Below are positions 1 through 12,864 of a DNA stretch of 64,000 nucleotides, piece by piece. The position numbers and the translations under genes were made by a program. The notes under the pieces were generated by a model. The model had not been told where the DNA came from, did not search any database, and worked only from the letters and a program-made list of their open reading frames with translations. Source of the DNA: Octopus sinensis (lineage: Eukaryota). The stretch is taken from the NCBI RefSeq assembly GCF_006345805.1, contig NC_043006.1, positions 95,666,001-95,730,000 of the forward strand. Reading direction: 5' to 3'. Positions within the stretch are counted from its first letter, which is position 1, and every line of letters starts with the position of its first letter.

Positions 1-141
1 TCAAAATGAATAACTAAATTACACCATCTAGAAAATTACATATCATAGAAAAGTTAAAATTAAAATAATAATTAAAAAGATTAAGTAAATTACAAAAATA
101 ATATAATGTATATAATAGGTAAAATATATGTATACACACAC

Positions 142-175
<34 letters not shown>

Positions 176-177
<2 letters not shown>

Positions 178-275
178 ACGGGAAGCTTTATGAAAATAAA
201 CAAAAGACGAAGGCAGGTGGAATACAAACAAACAATTGTATTAGTATGGCGCCCAGGAATATAAATAAAACAATG
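176..275. mobile_element. Short end fragment of a repeat family related to the PLE-like element at 49825-50010
   Basis: ggaatacaaacaaacaattgtattagtatggcgcccaggaa resembles ggaacaaatatagtattattggacgctcaggaa at 49871-49903; it follows a (TA)n tract. Confidence 0.3.
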
Positions 276-550
276 CTCCACTATATTAAATTGTAAATTG
301 AAAGATTTGTCCTTCACTGTATGATGAGTAAAATTTCATAAAGTCCATACTTGAAAAAGAGACTCTCTTGTGTTGAAGTTACAAATGACAGAATACAAAC
401 TGACAACTACTGATCTTCAATTGATTTAGTCACTGATTAAATAAATATTAAGTTTTATCATACAGGAGGAACTGGTCCCACAAATTAAAGTGAAATGGTT
501 TCATTCAAATATTAGAATATCCTTTGTTCAATGTTGTATTTTCAAAAACC

Positions 551-650
551 NNNNNNNNNNNNNNNNNNNNNNNNNNNNNNNNNNNNNNNNNNNNNNNNNN
601 NNNNNNNNNNNNNNNNNNNNNNNNNNNNNNNNNNNNNNNNNNNNNNNNNN
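551..650. other. Assembly gap (100 N)
   Basis: Run of 100 N. Confidence 1.
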
Positions 651-785
651 AGATACATATAAACACATATACACATATATGTACACGTATTCCATAATGT
701 GTACATTGAAATTCAACATATGGATACATGTGTGCGTATATATACATATATGTACATATATTATGTATATATCTATATACATCGA

Positions 786-826
<41 letters not shown>

Positions 827-1782
827 TATATAATATATATATTATATATATATATATACATGCGTAATAAGTAATGCTGTTTCTTTTTAATAATTGTGTA
901 TGTATTACTGTGGAAGGAAAGCAACAGGAAGATCGCTGTCTAATATCGATCCGCCCTTGTCTAATATTCAATTGTGATAATAACATTTATTGATACGTGA
1001 GTTTGATAATGTTAAATAGAAGGAAGCCAATATATAAATAAACCATAATAACCACACCAAAATTAAAAACAGCAACAATAATATTAATATGATGATGAAG
1101 ATGCTGGAGAAGGAGAATGAGAAGGAAAGAGAGGACAAGAACTGCACGGAAAATGAAAGTGAAACTAGAGGAAAATATAATATCGCTGCGTAGCGTTGGA
1201 ATCTAACAAATCATAATGATAGAAATTGGTGTTTCCATGAAAAGAAAAAGACCACAGATATCTGATATTGTGAGCCCTTCATTAAATGACATTTACCAAT
1301 ATAATCAACGCTCCTAGGACGTGCCATCGCGAAAAAGAAATTTTTTCTTTACGTAGTAGCTAGAGGTTCTCGATATAGCGACCACATCTCGTACAAATTA
1401 CACCCTGCTGTCGTGAAAAACGATCATTGGCTAATGCAATCGGAGATACAATGGGCTCAATAAATAGATGGGATATTCACGGCTTGGATGACTTTGATCA
1501 TATTCCCGTTTGTGTCATTTTCTGAACTGTGGGTAAACAAAATCAACGCCTTGTCATCACCAAAAACAAGAACAACAGCATCAACAACAATGATGACGAT
1601 GAAAAAAACACCAAAAGAAGAAACAAACCAAAACCCATGATGACAACAAAAAAGAGCACTTCTCAAAAAAACTTAAAAGCTCACAGGCGAATTTGAATTC
1701 ACAAAATATAACAACAAGCGATTTTCGGATTTGGCACACCCACTGCTTTTTAATGATAAGTATTACAACTACATCTATATTA

Positions 1783-1915
1783 GGCACAAGGCGAGAAATT
1801 GTGGGGTGGGGAGTAGACGATTAGATTAACCCGAGTGCATAGATGATGCATATTGACACCATGAGGGGGAAAAGCTAAGTCGATCACTGTGGGATTTGTT
1901 GAGAAAAGCCTCAAG
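1783..1915 (-). mobile_element. Degenerate tRNA-derived SINE (family C of this window)
   Basis: ggcacaagg...gattaacccgagtgc...aagctaagtcgatc...ggatttg matches better copies at 30468-30670 and 63260-63460. Confidence 0.5.
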
Positions 1916-1976
1916 ACTTGACGAGTTACATTTTCTCATGTGCTAAGGATTCTTCCTGCTCACCGTAATAATAATG

Positions 1977-2012
<36 letters not shown>

Positions 2013-2034
2013 TAATAATATAATAATAATAATA

Positions 2035-2460
2035 GGCGTAGGAGTGGATGTGTGATAAGTAGCTTGCTTACAAACCACATGGGTCCGGGTTCAGTCCCAC
2101 TGTGTGGCACCTTGGGCAATTGTCTTCTACTATAGCCTCGGGCCGACCAAAGCCTTGTCAGTGGATTTGGTAGACGGAAACTGAAAAAAGCCCGTCGTAT
2201 AGATGTATATATTATATATATATATGTATGTATGTATGCATGTATGTGTACATGTTTGTGTGTCTGTGATTGTCCCTCCAACATCGCTCGACAACCGATG
2301 CTAATGTGTTTACGTCCCCATCACCTAGCGGTTCAGCAAAAGAGACCGATAGAATAAGTACTAGGCTTACAAAGAATAATTCCTAGGGTCGATATGCTCA
2401 ACTAAAGGCTGTGCTCCAGCATGGCTCCAGACTGAAACAAATAAAAGAATAAAAGAATAA
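2035..2460 (+). mobile_element. tRNA-derived SINE (family A), full length, preceded by (AAT)n
   Basis: Head ggcgtaggagtgg...gggttcagtccc with A/B-box-like motifs, internal TA/TG microsatellite and (aaagaat)n-type tail; homologous to 8177, 40861, 60944 and 61331. Confidence 0.85.
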
Positions 2461-2577
2461 AAATAATAATAATAAGAATGATAATGATGATGATAATAAT
2501 AATAATAAGAAGAAGAAGAACAAAAACAAGAAGAAGTAGAAGAAGAAGAAGAATACGTAGAGAAAGAAGAAAAGAAA

Positions 2578-2880
2578 CAAAAAATACAATCTCTTAAAAT
2601 TTGAAATACGAAATAGGAAGAAGAGTAATGATCATGCCTATAACAATTGATGCGTTGGGAAGAACCAGCTCAGATATACAGAAATGGCTGAAGGAGATTG
2701 AAATAGAATGTTCGGTAGAGCTCCTATAGAAAGCCTGTCATTTGGGGAAGCATTTCCAGGAGGGTTCCAAGCACTTGAAAGACAGCTGAAAACTTGTGGT
2801 TACCTAAGGTTACTGATAGTAGCCAGCTAAACATTTAAGTCCTACCAGGAACAAGACCAAACCTGAGCCAAATTTAAAAT
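2578..2880 (+). mobile_element. 3' fragment of an R4/Dong-clade non-LTR retrotransposon (restriction-like endonuclease, RLE, C-terminus)
   Basis: Translates with breaks as KYNLLKFEIR..VMIMPITIDALG..IQKWLKEIEIECSVELL*KACHLG, typical of an R4-clade C-terminus; lies downstream of an (AAT)/(AAG)n tract. Confidence 0.6.
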
Positions 2881-2909
2881 AACTGTTTCAATGTTTTTTT
2901 TTCGGGAGG

Positions 2910-3045
2910 GGGTACAAGTCCAGCAAGTTCGTAAGTTGATTACACTGACACCAGTCTTCAACTGAAACTTATTTTATTGACTCCCAAAGAAAAAAAGGCT
3001 AAATTTTTATCTCGGTGAGAATCGAATTCAAGAATATAAAGACGA
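2910..3045 (-). mobile_element. Degenerate SINE family C
   Basis: agttgattacactgacaccagtcttcaactgaaacttattttattgac...gaattcaagaatataaagacg motif order. Confidence 0.5.
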
Positions 3046-3155
3046 CATGTATACGTATACGTACATCAATATCAATAATACAGTGATTGTTTCTTATCAG
3101 GAACAAAATGTTTAATAGGACTGCTATAGAAGTGCTCTATTGAAAGAGACAAAAA

Positions 3156-3683
3156 TATCAAACTAAAGTTATTGAACAAACAAACGCAAGGTTATCCGCA
3201 TAGCATTTCATAATTCGAACATTTAATCATAGAATATACATATAAACATCCCGCAAGATAGAACATAATATAAGACTTCTTTTACTTGAATAATTATTTA
3301 ATAAGATTTCTAAACGATGAACTTTTATTTTATTTACATGATATATATTATATATTTTTTATATGCTTCTATATGTTATATATATATATATATTTTATAT
3401 ATTTTTATATATTACTTTATATTATATTTTTACTTTCTAGGTGTTGTAATGTTTTTCTAGAAAATGTATTTTTCTGAATCGCTAAAGTATTAGCTCCAAA
3501 CTGTGATGAAAAAATGTTTTTCTCGCACCTTATTATTATTATTATATGCTTGTATGCTTCTACAGATGAATTATGTTCCATCTTGCGGGATGTTTATATG
3601 TATATTCTATGATTAAATGTTCGAATTATGAAGTAATATGCGGATAACCTTGCATTTGTTTGTTCAATAACTTTAGTTTGATA
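3156..3683. mobile_element. MITE-like element with ~114-bp terminal inverted repeats
   Basis: 3156-3269 is the near-perfect reverse complement of 3570-3683; AT-rich non-coding spacer of ~300 bp. Confidence 0.7.
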
Positions 3684-3810
3684 CGTATACGTACATACAC
3701 ATACACACACACACACCTATATATGTGTATATATTATAATAACAATTTAATAAATAAAATATATGCATACATATATACATATATGTACGCACCTACATCT
3801 ATATGTATAT

Positions 3811-3844
<34 letters not shown>

Positions 3845-3849
<5 letters not shown>

Positions 3850-5845
3850 AATAAAATAGAATATATGCATATATATAAACATATATGTACGTACCTACCT
3901 CTACATGTACATATACACGCATATATGTGTACAGGACACCAAAAAGACGTCGAACACATAGAGAGACGAAACACATAGACACAAACCAAGGAACAAGACA
4001 AGCAAAAAAAAGGGAGAGATACAGGACAATAAGCACAACGAAAAATCCCCTTCTTCAGTCGCTAAGATTTCATCTACTAAACGTTTCGAAGGATAAAAGC
4101 GAGACGTATACTTCGAAGAAAAATTCCTTCCCGCGAAAAGCAAATCAATTAAAATTCTGAGATCTTTTCGCAGAGGGGTAAAAAAAAAAGCAAGACGGTA
4201 ACGACAGTACAAACATATAAACAGTAAAAAATATATATATAAACAGTGGAAAAATAAATATATAACAGTGAGAGACAGGACAAGGAGAACAAGATAAGAA
4301 GGGCTGTTAACGCCAGACGAAAAAAGTATTGCAAACGCTGGATTATCGTGGAAGACAGAGAGGGAAAATTTGTCGACCAGAAGCCTTACAAGGCGGGTGA
4401 GAAAGGACAGGATAGCAGTTACGGATAGGAGTATCGTCGCAGATGGATGACGGGAATGGGGGAGGAGGAGCAAGAGGAAGAGAGAGAAGAAGGGGATGGT
4501 GCGAGGAGACCATGAAGAATGGTGAAAGGGAGAGAGAGAATGAAGAATGAGAGAGAGAGGAAGAAGAGACAAGTTAAGTGAGGGAAAAAAAGACGAAAAA
4601 GGGAATGGGAGAGAAAGAAAGAAAGATGCAGAGTCGCGTGAGAGTTAATATCAAGGCTAACTTGATAAACAGACAATCTTACTTAGTAGGGTGCGTGCGT
4701 TTAGTCGTATATATGTTATAAAATAGAATATATGCATATATAATAAACTATATGTACTTACCTACCTCTACATGTACATATACACGCATATATGTGTACA
4801 GGACACCAAAAAGACGTCGAACACATAGAGAGACGAAACACATAGACCACAAACCAAGGAACAAGACAAGCAAAAAAAAGGGAGAGATACGGACAATAAG
4901 CACAACGAAAAATCCCCTTTTTCAGTCGCTAAGATTTCATCTACTAAACGTTTCGAAGGATAAAAGCGAGACGTATACTTCGAAGAAAAATTCCTTCCCG
5001 CGAAAAGCAAACAATTAAAATTCTGAGATCTTTTCGCAGAGGGGTAAAAAAAAGCAAGAAGACGGTAACGACAGTACAAACATATAAACAGTAAAAAATA
5101 TATATATAAACCAGTGGAAAAATAAATATATAACAGTGAGAGACAGGACAAGGAGAACAAGATAAGAAGGGCTGTTAACGCCAGACGAAAAAAGTATTGC
5201 AAACGCTGGATTATCGTGGAAGACAGAGAGGGAAAATTTGTCGACCAGAAGCCTTACAAGGCGGGTGAGAAAGGACAGGATAGCAGTTACGACGGAGTAT
5301 CGTCGCAGATGGATGACGGGAATGGGGGAGGAGGAGCAAAGAGGAGAGAGAGAAGAAGGGGAATGGTGCGAGGAGACCATGAAGAATGGTGAAAGGGAGA
5401 GAGAGAATGAAGAATGAGAGAGAGAGGAAGAGACAAGTTAAGTGAGGGAAAAAGACGAAAAAGGGAATGGGAGAGAAAGAAAGAAAGATCAGAGTCGCGT
5501 GAGAGTTATATCAAGGCTAACTTGATAAACAGAACAATCTTACTTAGTAGGGTGCGTGCGTTTAGTCGTATAATATGTTATAAAATAGAATATATGCATT
5601 ATATAAACATATATGTACGTACCTACCTCTACATGTACATAACACGCATATATGTGTACAGGACACCAAAAGGACGTCGAACACATAGAGAGACGAAACA
5701 CATAGACACAAACCAAGGAACAAGACAGCAAAAAAAAGGGAGAGATACAGGACAATAAGCACAACGAAAAATCCCCTTCTTCAGTCGCTAAGATTTCATC
5801 TACTAAACGTTTCGAAGGATAAAAGCGAGACGTATACTTCGAAAG
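3845..5845. repeat. Tandem repeat of a ~865-bp unit (2 full plus 1 partial), PLE pseudo-LTR/retrozyme-like
   Basis: Anchor ggacaccaaaa at 3934, 4801 and 5661 (periods 867, 860); purine-rich; hammerhead core motifs in permuted order on the minus strand. Confidence 0.85.
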
Positions 5846-5859
5846 ATATATATATATAT

Positions 5860-6358
5860 ATTATAATATATATGAGTACAGGACTCCACAAATAAACGTA
5901 GAGAACACAACGAGAAACGAAAAATAAAAACAAACTAGGAAACGGACTTTTTTAACAACGAAAAAACAAGGTGTACAGACAAACAATACAAGGAATATCC
6001 CCTTCATCAGCTGCCCCTGGTTCGACCCAATGCGTGTTTCGAAGGTAAGGGCAGAACACAATCCGGCCGAAACAATCCTTCCTGCAAAATGAATTAAATA
6101 AAATTCTTTTGCGGAGGGGTAAAACAAGGAAAGAAAAAAGTGACAAGAACAGGACGTAAAAGCAATACAAATAAAAATACAGTACACATAAAGAATAAAA
6201 ACAGGACAATGAAACCAACTTTGAGGGCTTTTTTAAGCCTAGACGATGGAAAAATACACAGCGCGATTCAGAATTGACTTTCTTTATGTGTACTGTATTT
6301 TATTTGTATATGTACGCACCTACATCTCTATATATATATACATGGATATAGAATATAC

Positions 6359-6409
<51 letters not shown>

Positions 6410-6460
6410 TATGAGTACAGGACACCACAAATAAACGCAGAACACGTATATACATAACGC
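5860..6460. repeat. Diverged relative of the 865-bp unit (~540-bp period, partial second copy)
   Basis: gtacaggac(t/a)ccacaaataaacg at 5876 and 6415; atccccttcatcag...gtttcgaagg at 5997-6045 parallels 4045-4094. Confidence 0.6.
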
Positions 6461-6758
6461 GATTCTATACAATCTTGTGTAATCTTCATATATTTTTATT
6501 TTTCTGTTTAACGTAATACAGTCTTTTTAATAGCATTATACTTTCATAACTTTCCACTATTATACAATTTTCCACTTGTTTGGCAAGTCTGTTGAAGGCT
6601 ACACCGCTGTGATAAGGTCAAAATTAGATGATTTGTGTCTGTGAGAGATTTTCCTTTTAACTGCCGGTAAAAATGAAAATGTTATTACTACTATAAAAAT
6701 TCAACGCAGCACAACCGTGCACGTGTTTGCGTGTGTGTATGTGTGTGTGTGTGGGGGG

Positions 6759-7023
6759 GGCACTCCGTTGGTTACGACGATAAGGGTTCCATTTGATCCG
6801 AAATTCAAGTGAAAGTAACGTGCAAGTGACTGAGCACACATGATGCAAAATGCTACAAGCTGACCGTTTGAATTACAGCCACTTCTCATTTTGGGCAGCG
6901 GAAGTGTCAAGACCAACGTGAAATGAAGTGTTTTGCTCAAGATCACAGTGCGCCTCCAGGCATCGAACCCATGATCTTACGATCGTGATAAGCATACCCT
7001 AACGACGAAGCCATGCGCCTTCA
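6759..7023 (-). mobile_element. tRNA-derived SINE (family B, same head type as 62562)
   Basis: Reverse complement has a tRNA-like head (ggcgcatggc...ggttcgatgcc) and the gtcgtaaccaacggagtgcc 3' end shared with 17473 and 62562. Confidence 0.7.
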
Positions 7024-7626
7024 CATGTCTGTATGTATGCATGTCAACACTGACTCAACACTCGCTCACCATGCGGATGGCACCTATGAATTATTTATTC
7101 TTTGTGAATTAGATTTGGAAATGCTAAAATGTCGAATAAATTTATATATCCTTTCCAGTATTGTGGTGGCTTTTAGGAATCACCTCTGCTTATTTTATGA
7201 CAGTATTTAATAACTGTAATGTCAGCGAGATTTATTGCAAACGTATATGCAATAATTTTTAATCTAAAAATTTCTGAGCATAATAGTTATCGTTTATATT
7301 GTGTTTTTGTTTCATATTAAAATAAACGATATTTTAACATTCTTTGCTTGTATAATGGAAGGTTGTATGATTGTGTATATTTATCGATTTGAGAAGAAAG
7401 GCTGTGTTTGTAGATTTCAAGCTTTATCTCAGCTGAATTCGAAGTATGACGTGAACGTACATTATAGAATATTTCATACGTGGGTGCAGGTACGGCTGTA
7501 GACACTGTTGGGCGGTTAATAAGACCTGCGAGTCTCAAGGGCGATTAACAAGTTCTATTCGCGACCGTATTATTTGGCCTTCAGGTTCTTTGCGTAGAAG
7601 CAAGTCGAACAGATGCGCGCACACAG

Positions 7627-7656
<30 letters not shown>

Positions 7657-7657
<1 letters not shown>

Positions 7658-7800
7658 GTTCTATATTTAACAGATGAGGAATTACGTACATTATTTACAT
7701 TATTTACATTTGACGTATAATTGTCCTCATCTTGTTTGTAGTTAGCACACGTTTCGGCTGATATACACCCCAGACTTCATCAGGTGTCTTGGGGAAATTT
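7657..7800 (-). mobile_element. PLE-like tail of the hammerhead SINE (head missing), degenerate HHR
   Basis: Homologous to 20851-20965 and 52448-52580; minus strand reads gacac CTGATGA agtctg..cagcc GAAACGT gtgc, one base short at the cleavage site. Confidence 0.7.
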
Positions 7801-7849
7801 TACACGGACAGAGTCCAAATGCTACCTCGACTTCTTTTAGTCGCCTTTT

Positions 7850-8020
7850 ATGACACGCGGAGGAAATGTAAGGTGTAGTTTTTTGATATGCCAGAGCCTA
7901 AACAGCACTGGAGCAACAGGAAATAAAGTGTTCTGCTGACGAACACAACACATCACCCAGTTCAGGAATCCAAACCACGCTCGCAAGATCGTGAGTCAAA
8001 CGTCCGTGCACGTGCCTTAA
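7850..8020 (-). mobile_element. Degenerate SINE fragment
   Basis: cactggagcaacagggaaataaagtgttc...ggaatccaaaccacg is the reverse complement of a head like the one at 62600-62680. Confidence 0.45.
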
Positions 8021-8176
8021 AATACCATCAAATAAACGTACTGCAGGATCTTTTTGAAATTTTAAAATTAAGTGAAAATTTTCAAATTTGTTATATTGAT
8101 GTAAATTTTCATGCCGAATTGATTCAGAAAAATTTTAGAAAAAAATTTACAAAGGTTTAAAGTTTGACTATTTTTT

Positions 8177-8519
8177 CGGGTTCAGTCCCACTGCGTGGCA
8201 TCTTGGGCAAGTGTCTTCTACTATAGTCTCGGGCCGACCAATGCCTTGTGAGTGGATTTGGTAGACGGAAACTGAAAGAAGCCCGTCGTATATATGTATA
8301 TATATATATATGCGTGTGTGTGTCTGTGCTTGTCCCCCTAGCATTGCTTGACAACAGATGCTGGTGTGTTTATGTCCCCGTTACTTAGCGGTTCGGCAAA
8401 ATAGACCGATAGAATAAGTACTGGGCTTACGAAAGAATTAGTCCCGGGGTCGATTTGCTCGATTAAAGGCGGTGCTCCAGCATGGCCGCAGTCAAATAAC
8501 TGAAACAAGTAAAAGAGAG
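8177..8519 (+). mobile_element. SINE family A, 5'-truncated
   Basis: cgggttcagtcccactgcgtggc...gactgaaacaagtaaaagagag. Confidence 0.85.
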
Positions 8520-9587
8520 TATCAGAAAATAGTATTTGGAGGCTCATATTTTGTGCGTGATAACAACATTACGATGACAAAACATTACGATGGCAATATC
8601 ACGACGGAAAATTTTAATATGTTTTAATGAACAAATGCATGTGAAATGTTGGTGTAGGCATGTAAACAATACAAAATCTGAAAAATTCTGATGGATATTT
8701 TTTTGGCAAAATATCCAATATATATCGAATATTCAAAAACGAAATATTTGATACACGCTAGGAGTTTATCAAATTACAATTTTCATATCTGTTGTGCTAC
8801 GTAAACTCGCACAGATTCAAGTCAACGGTGGGTTCCGCAGCATCATTATTCCCTCGTTTCACAGAGACCCATGTGCTTTCCACATATTGCGTGTGGATAC
8901 CATCTTTAGAATTAATAAACTCAGCTCAGTGGTTCACTGTTCTCCTTGATTTTCATTTTCTCCATTACATTCGAAAGGTTAAACGACTTGACTGTGGTCA
9001 TACTTTTATTTAGGTCGAAAAGACCCAGGAAAATACGCTGTTAAGATGATGAAAATTAGGAAAGTGACAGCACGGCAACCGAAACTATCTGTTTGTCAAC
9101 AATGAAAATTTCAAATATAGGTGAAGCAGACTATACTTCGGCTTATTGCTATAGAAACAGGCACCAATATATTCGTCGCTTTCGGTTTGCTAAAATTACT
9201 CAAAATGGGAAAATTTTAAAGTTATTAACCTTTTATTTATTAAGTTATGGCTAAAGTAAATTTCATTTCCATAATTAACATACCAAACATCATCAATACA
9301 CCAAATTTGAAATCAATAGGAACAAAATTAAAGGAATTGAAAAGTGTGAGCCAAACAGAAAAGACCAGCACACCATACCACGCACCTTTTCTGAAGATTA
9401 CACGTGAACATTATATGGGGCTAAAATTAACACCGACGAGAAATGACGAAAAGTAAATTTGGTCGAGGAAAAAGTGCGTGGAAGACAACGTGTGTATATA
9501 TATATATAAAACAAATATATATATAATATATAAAAAAAATATATTTATATATTTATATATATAAATATATACATACATACATATGTG

Positions 9588-9666
<79 letters not shown>

Positions 9667-10380
9667 TATGTGAAAATCAGCCGTCCGGCAATTGGTGTCC
9701 AGGGAAAAGTTACGACTTCGAAAAAATATATCTTAAGAACTGGGAACGATTTTTTCGCATAAACACCTAAGCATGGACAGCAGTCCAATGATCGAAATCT
9801 GAAAACGATAAAAGATAATGGAGAAAGTACAGGAAAAACCTAGAGGCAGTGAGGTATTTAGTTCTCTCCACGCAGACATAAACATTTTATTTTGAAAGAA
9901 AAAAATATTAAATACTAACACGATTTGGTTCTCTAAAACCGCGGCAACACATAATTTTCTTGTTATTTTATAGAAAAGAAATAAATAATGCTAAATTACA
10001 TATCATACCTCAAAAGAAATGCGCAGAAATATCAACATTTAATGCGTTGATTGTTACAGACACGGGCGAAAAAAGAAAATTGGTGAAAAAAAATACAATG
10101 TGAAAAATAAAATTTGAATATATCTTGAAAGTTGGATCGAAATAATTAAGGGGTTTATAAACAGCGATGAATAGTTACATACTATATATCTGTTCTTGTT
10201 GATACAAATAATGCCCGTAGATATATGCTTTCATGCACTGGGGTCTTGTGAAGAGGGGCCAAATACCAAACGACTGATTCTACTTTCGAGTATTGATTCA
10301 GCTATATCACGGAAGTATTAAAGGTATAGGCGCGCCGTTCTGGTTGATTTTTACTCTATTTTGTGTGTACATTCATACAA

Positions 10381-10423
<43 letters not shown>

Positions 10424-10556
10424 ATTGGTACAAACGGTAAGATAACAAAAGAAACATGAGATATATATATATATATAGATACACACACACAAACGAATAT
10501 ATATGTGTGTGTGTGTGTGAGTGTGAGTGTGTATTTGTGTGTGTGTGTGTGTGTGT

Positions 10557-10590
<34 letters not shown>

Positions 10591-10728
10591 AGAAGAGGCA
10601 CGCAGCATTGCCCGGGAATGAAATTGTTCATTATATATTAGAAGATGCAAAATATATTGTATAGAAATATCTTATTCTAAATTCAATTTCTTCAATTGGG
10701 ATACATAATGAAACTAATTCATAATACA

Positions 10729-11600
<872 letters not shown>

Positions 11601-11674
11601 ACATGTGCTTACTATATATATGTGTCTGTGTGTATGTGAGTCTGTGTGTCTGCTTGTGTCTGCGTGTGTGTACG

Positions 11675-11712
<38 letters not shown>

Positions 11713-11787
11713 GTAAATGTGTCATGCATTGACACATTCATATGTTTGTTTATATATGTATATACATAAGTATGTAGGCAGACAGAG

Positions 11788-11799
11788 AAATAGATAGAT

Positions 11800-11890
<91 letters not shown>
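11788..11890. repeat. (GATA)n microsatellite
   Basis: Seen directly; further (GATA)n tracts at 12425-12654, 15701-15825 and 16014-16200 separate the Tx1 copies. Confidence 0.95.
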
Positions 11891-11892
<2 letters not shown>

Positions 11893-11894
11893 TA

Positions 11895-12424
11895 TACGTT
11901 TCTTTATTAGCCACACAGGGTTGAACACAGAAGTAGAGCTTTTGTTTTTAGCAAGGAAAGGAAAAAAGAAAAAGTAGAGTGTAGAATTTCGATCAAAAGG
12001 GATCGCGGAAAAAAATGGAAGCCGATCAATATGGATCGTGTATCACAGAAATGTCATAATGTAGAAGGGGGAACAGTTTAGGCTTATCCGTGGAAAGAAA
12101 AGCCTATGGAAAAGACCAAGGTAACCTCGAGAAATAATGCCATGCAAAAAACATATTACAGTAACTGACTCACTTTTTTCCTTTCTTTTTCTGGATCATT
12201 CAGACGTGACATCCTTGCTACATTCCCTCAACTTTTTTTAAGCATTCACAAGACAAAACTTCCCTCTCTGTTCTCACCTTCCTCTTCAAGCTATACTTCA
12301 AGAAGTTGATGAGAAGAAAGTGTTTGTCTCTAGACCTTTCAGACGCATCCACCATACACATTCTTTCGCCATAGCCACAAGTACGATGAAAATGTCTCTT
12401 CCCTCCTGTTTCAAGGTAGGAGGC
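11895..12424 (-). mobile_element. Tx1/L1-clade LINE copy 1, heavily 5'-truncated
   Basis: 3' end ctttattagccacacaggg; ORF2 C-terminus [22 protein letters not shown] and [18 protein letters not shown] homologous to 13073-13392. Confidence 0.85.
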
Positions 12425-12481
<57 letters not shown>

Positions 12482-12539
12482 TATAGATAGATAGATAGAT
12501 AGATAGAGATATAGATAGATAGAGATATAGATAGATAGG

Positions 12540-12607
<68 letters not shown>

Positions 12608-12654
12608 GATAGATAGAGATATAGATAGATAGAGATATAGATAGATAGGTAGAT

Positions 12655-12822
12655 ATGTTTCTTTATTAGCCACACAGGGCTGCACACAGATAGAACAAAT
12701 TACAAGGTAGAGCTTTTCTTTTGAAGGTATTATTAAAAAAAAAAAAAAAAAAAAAAAAAGGAAGGGGGAGGTTCGATCAAAAGGGATCGTAAAAGAGAGA
12801 GAAAGGGACAAAAATAAGGGGG

Positions 12823-12864
<42 letters not shown>

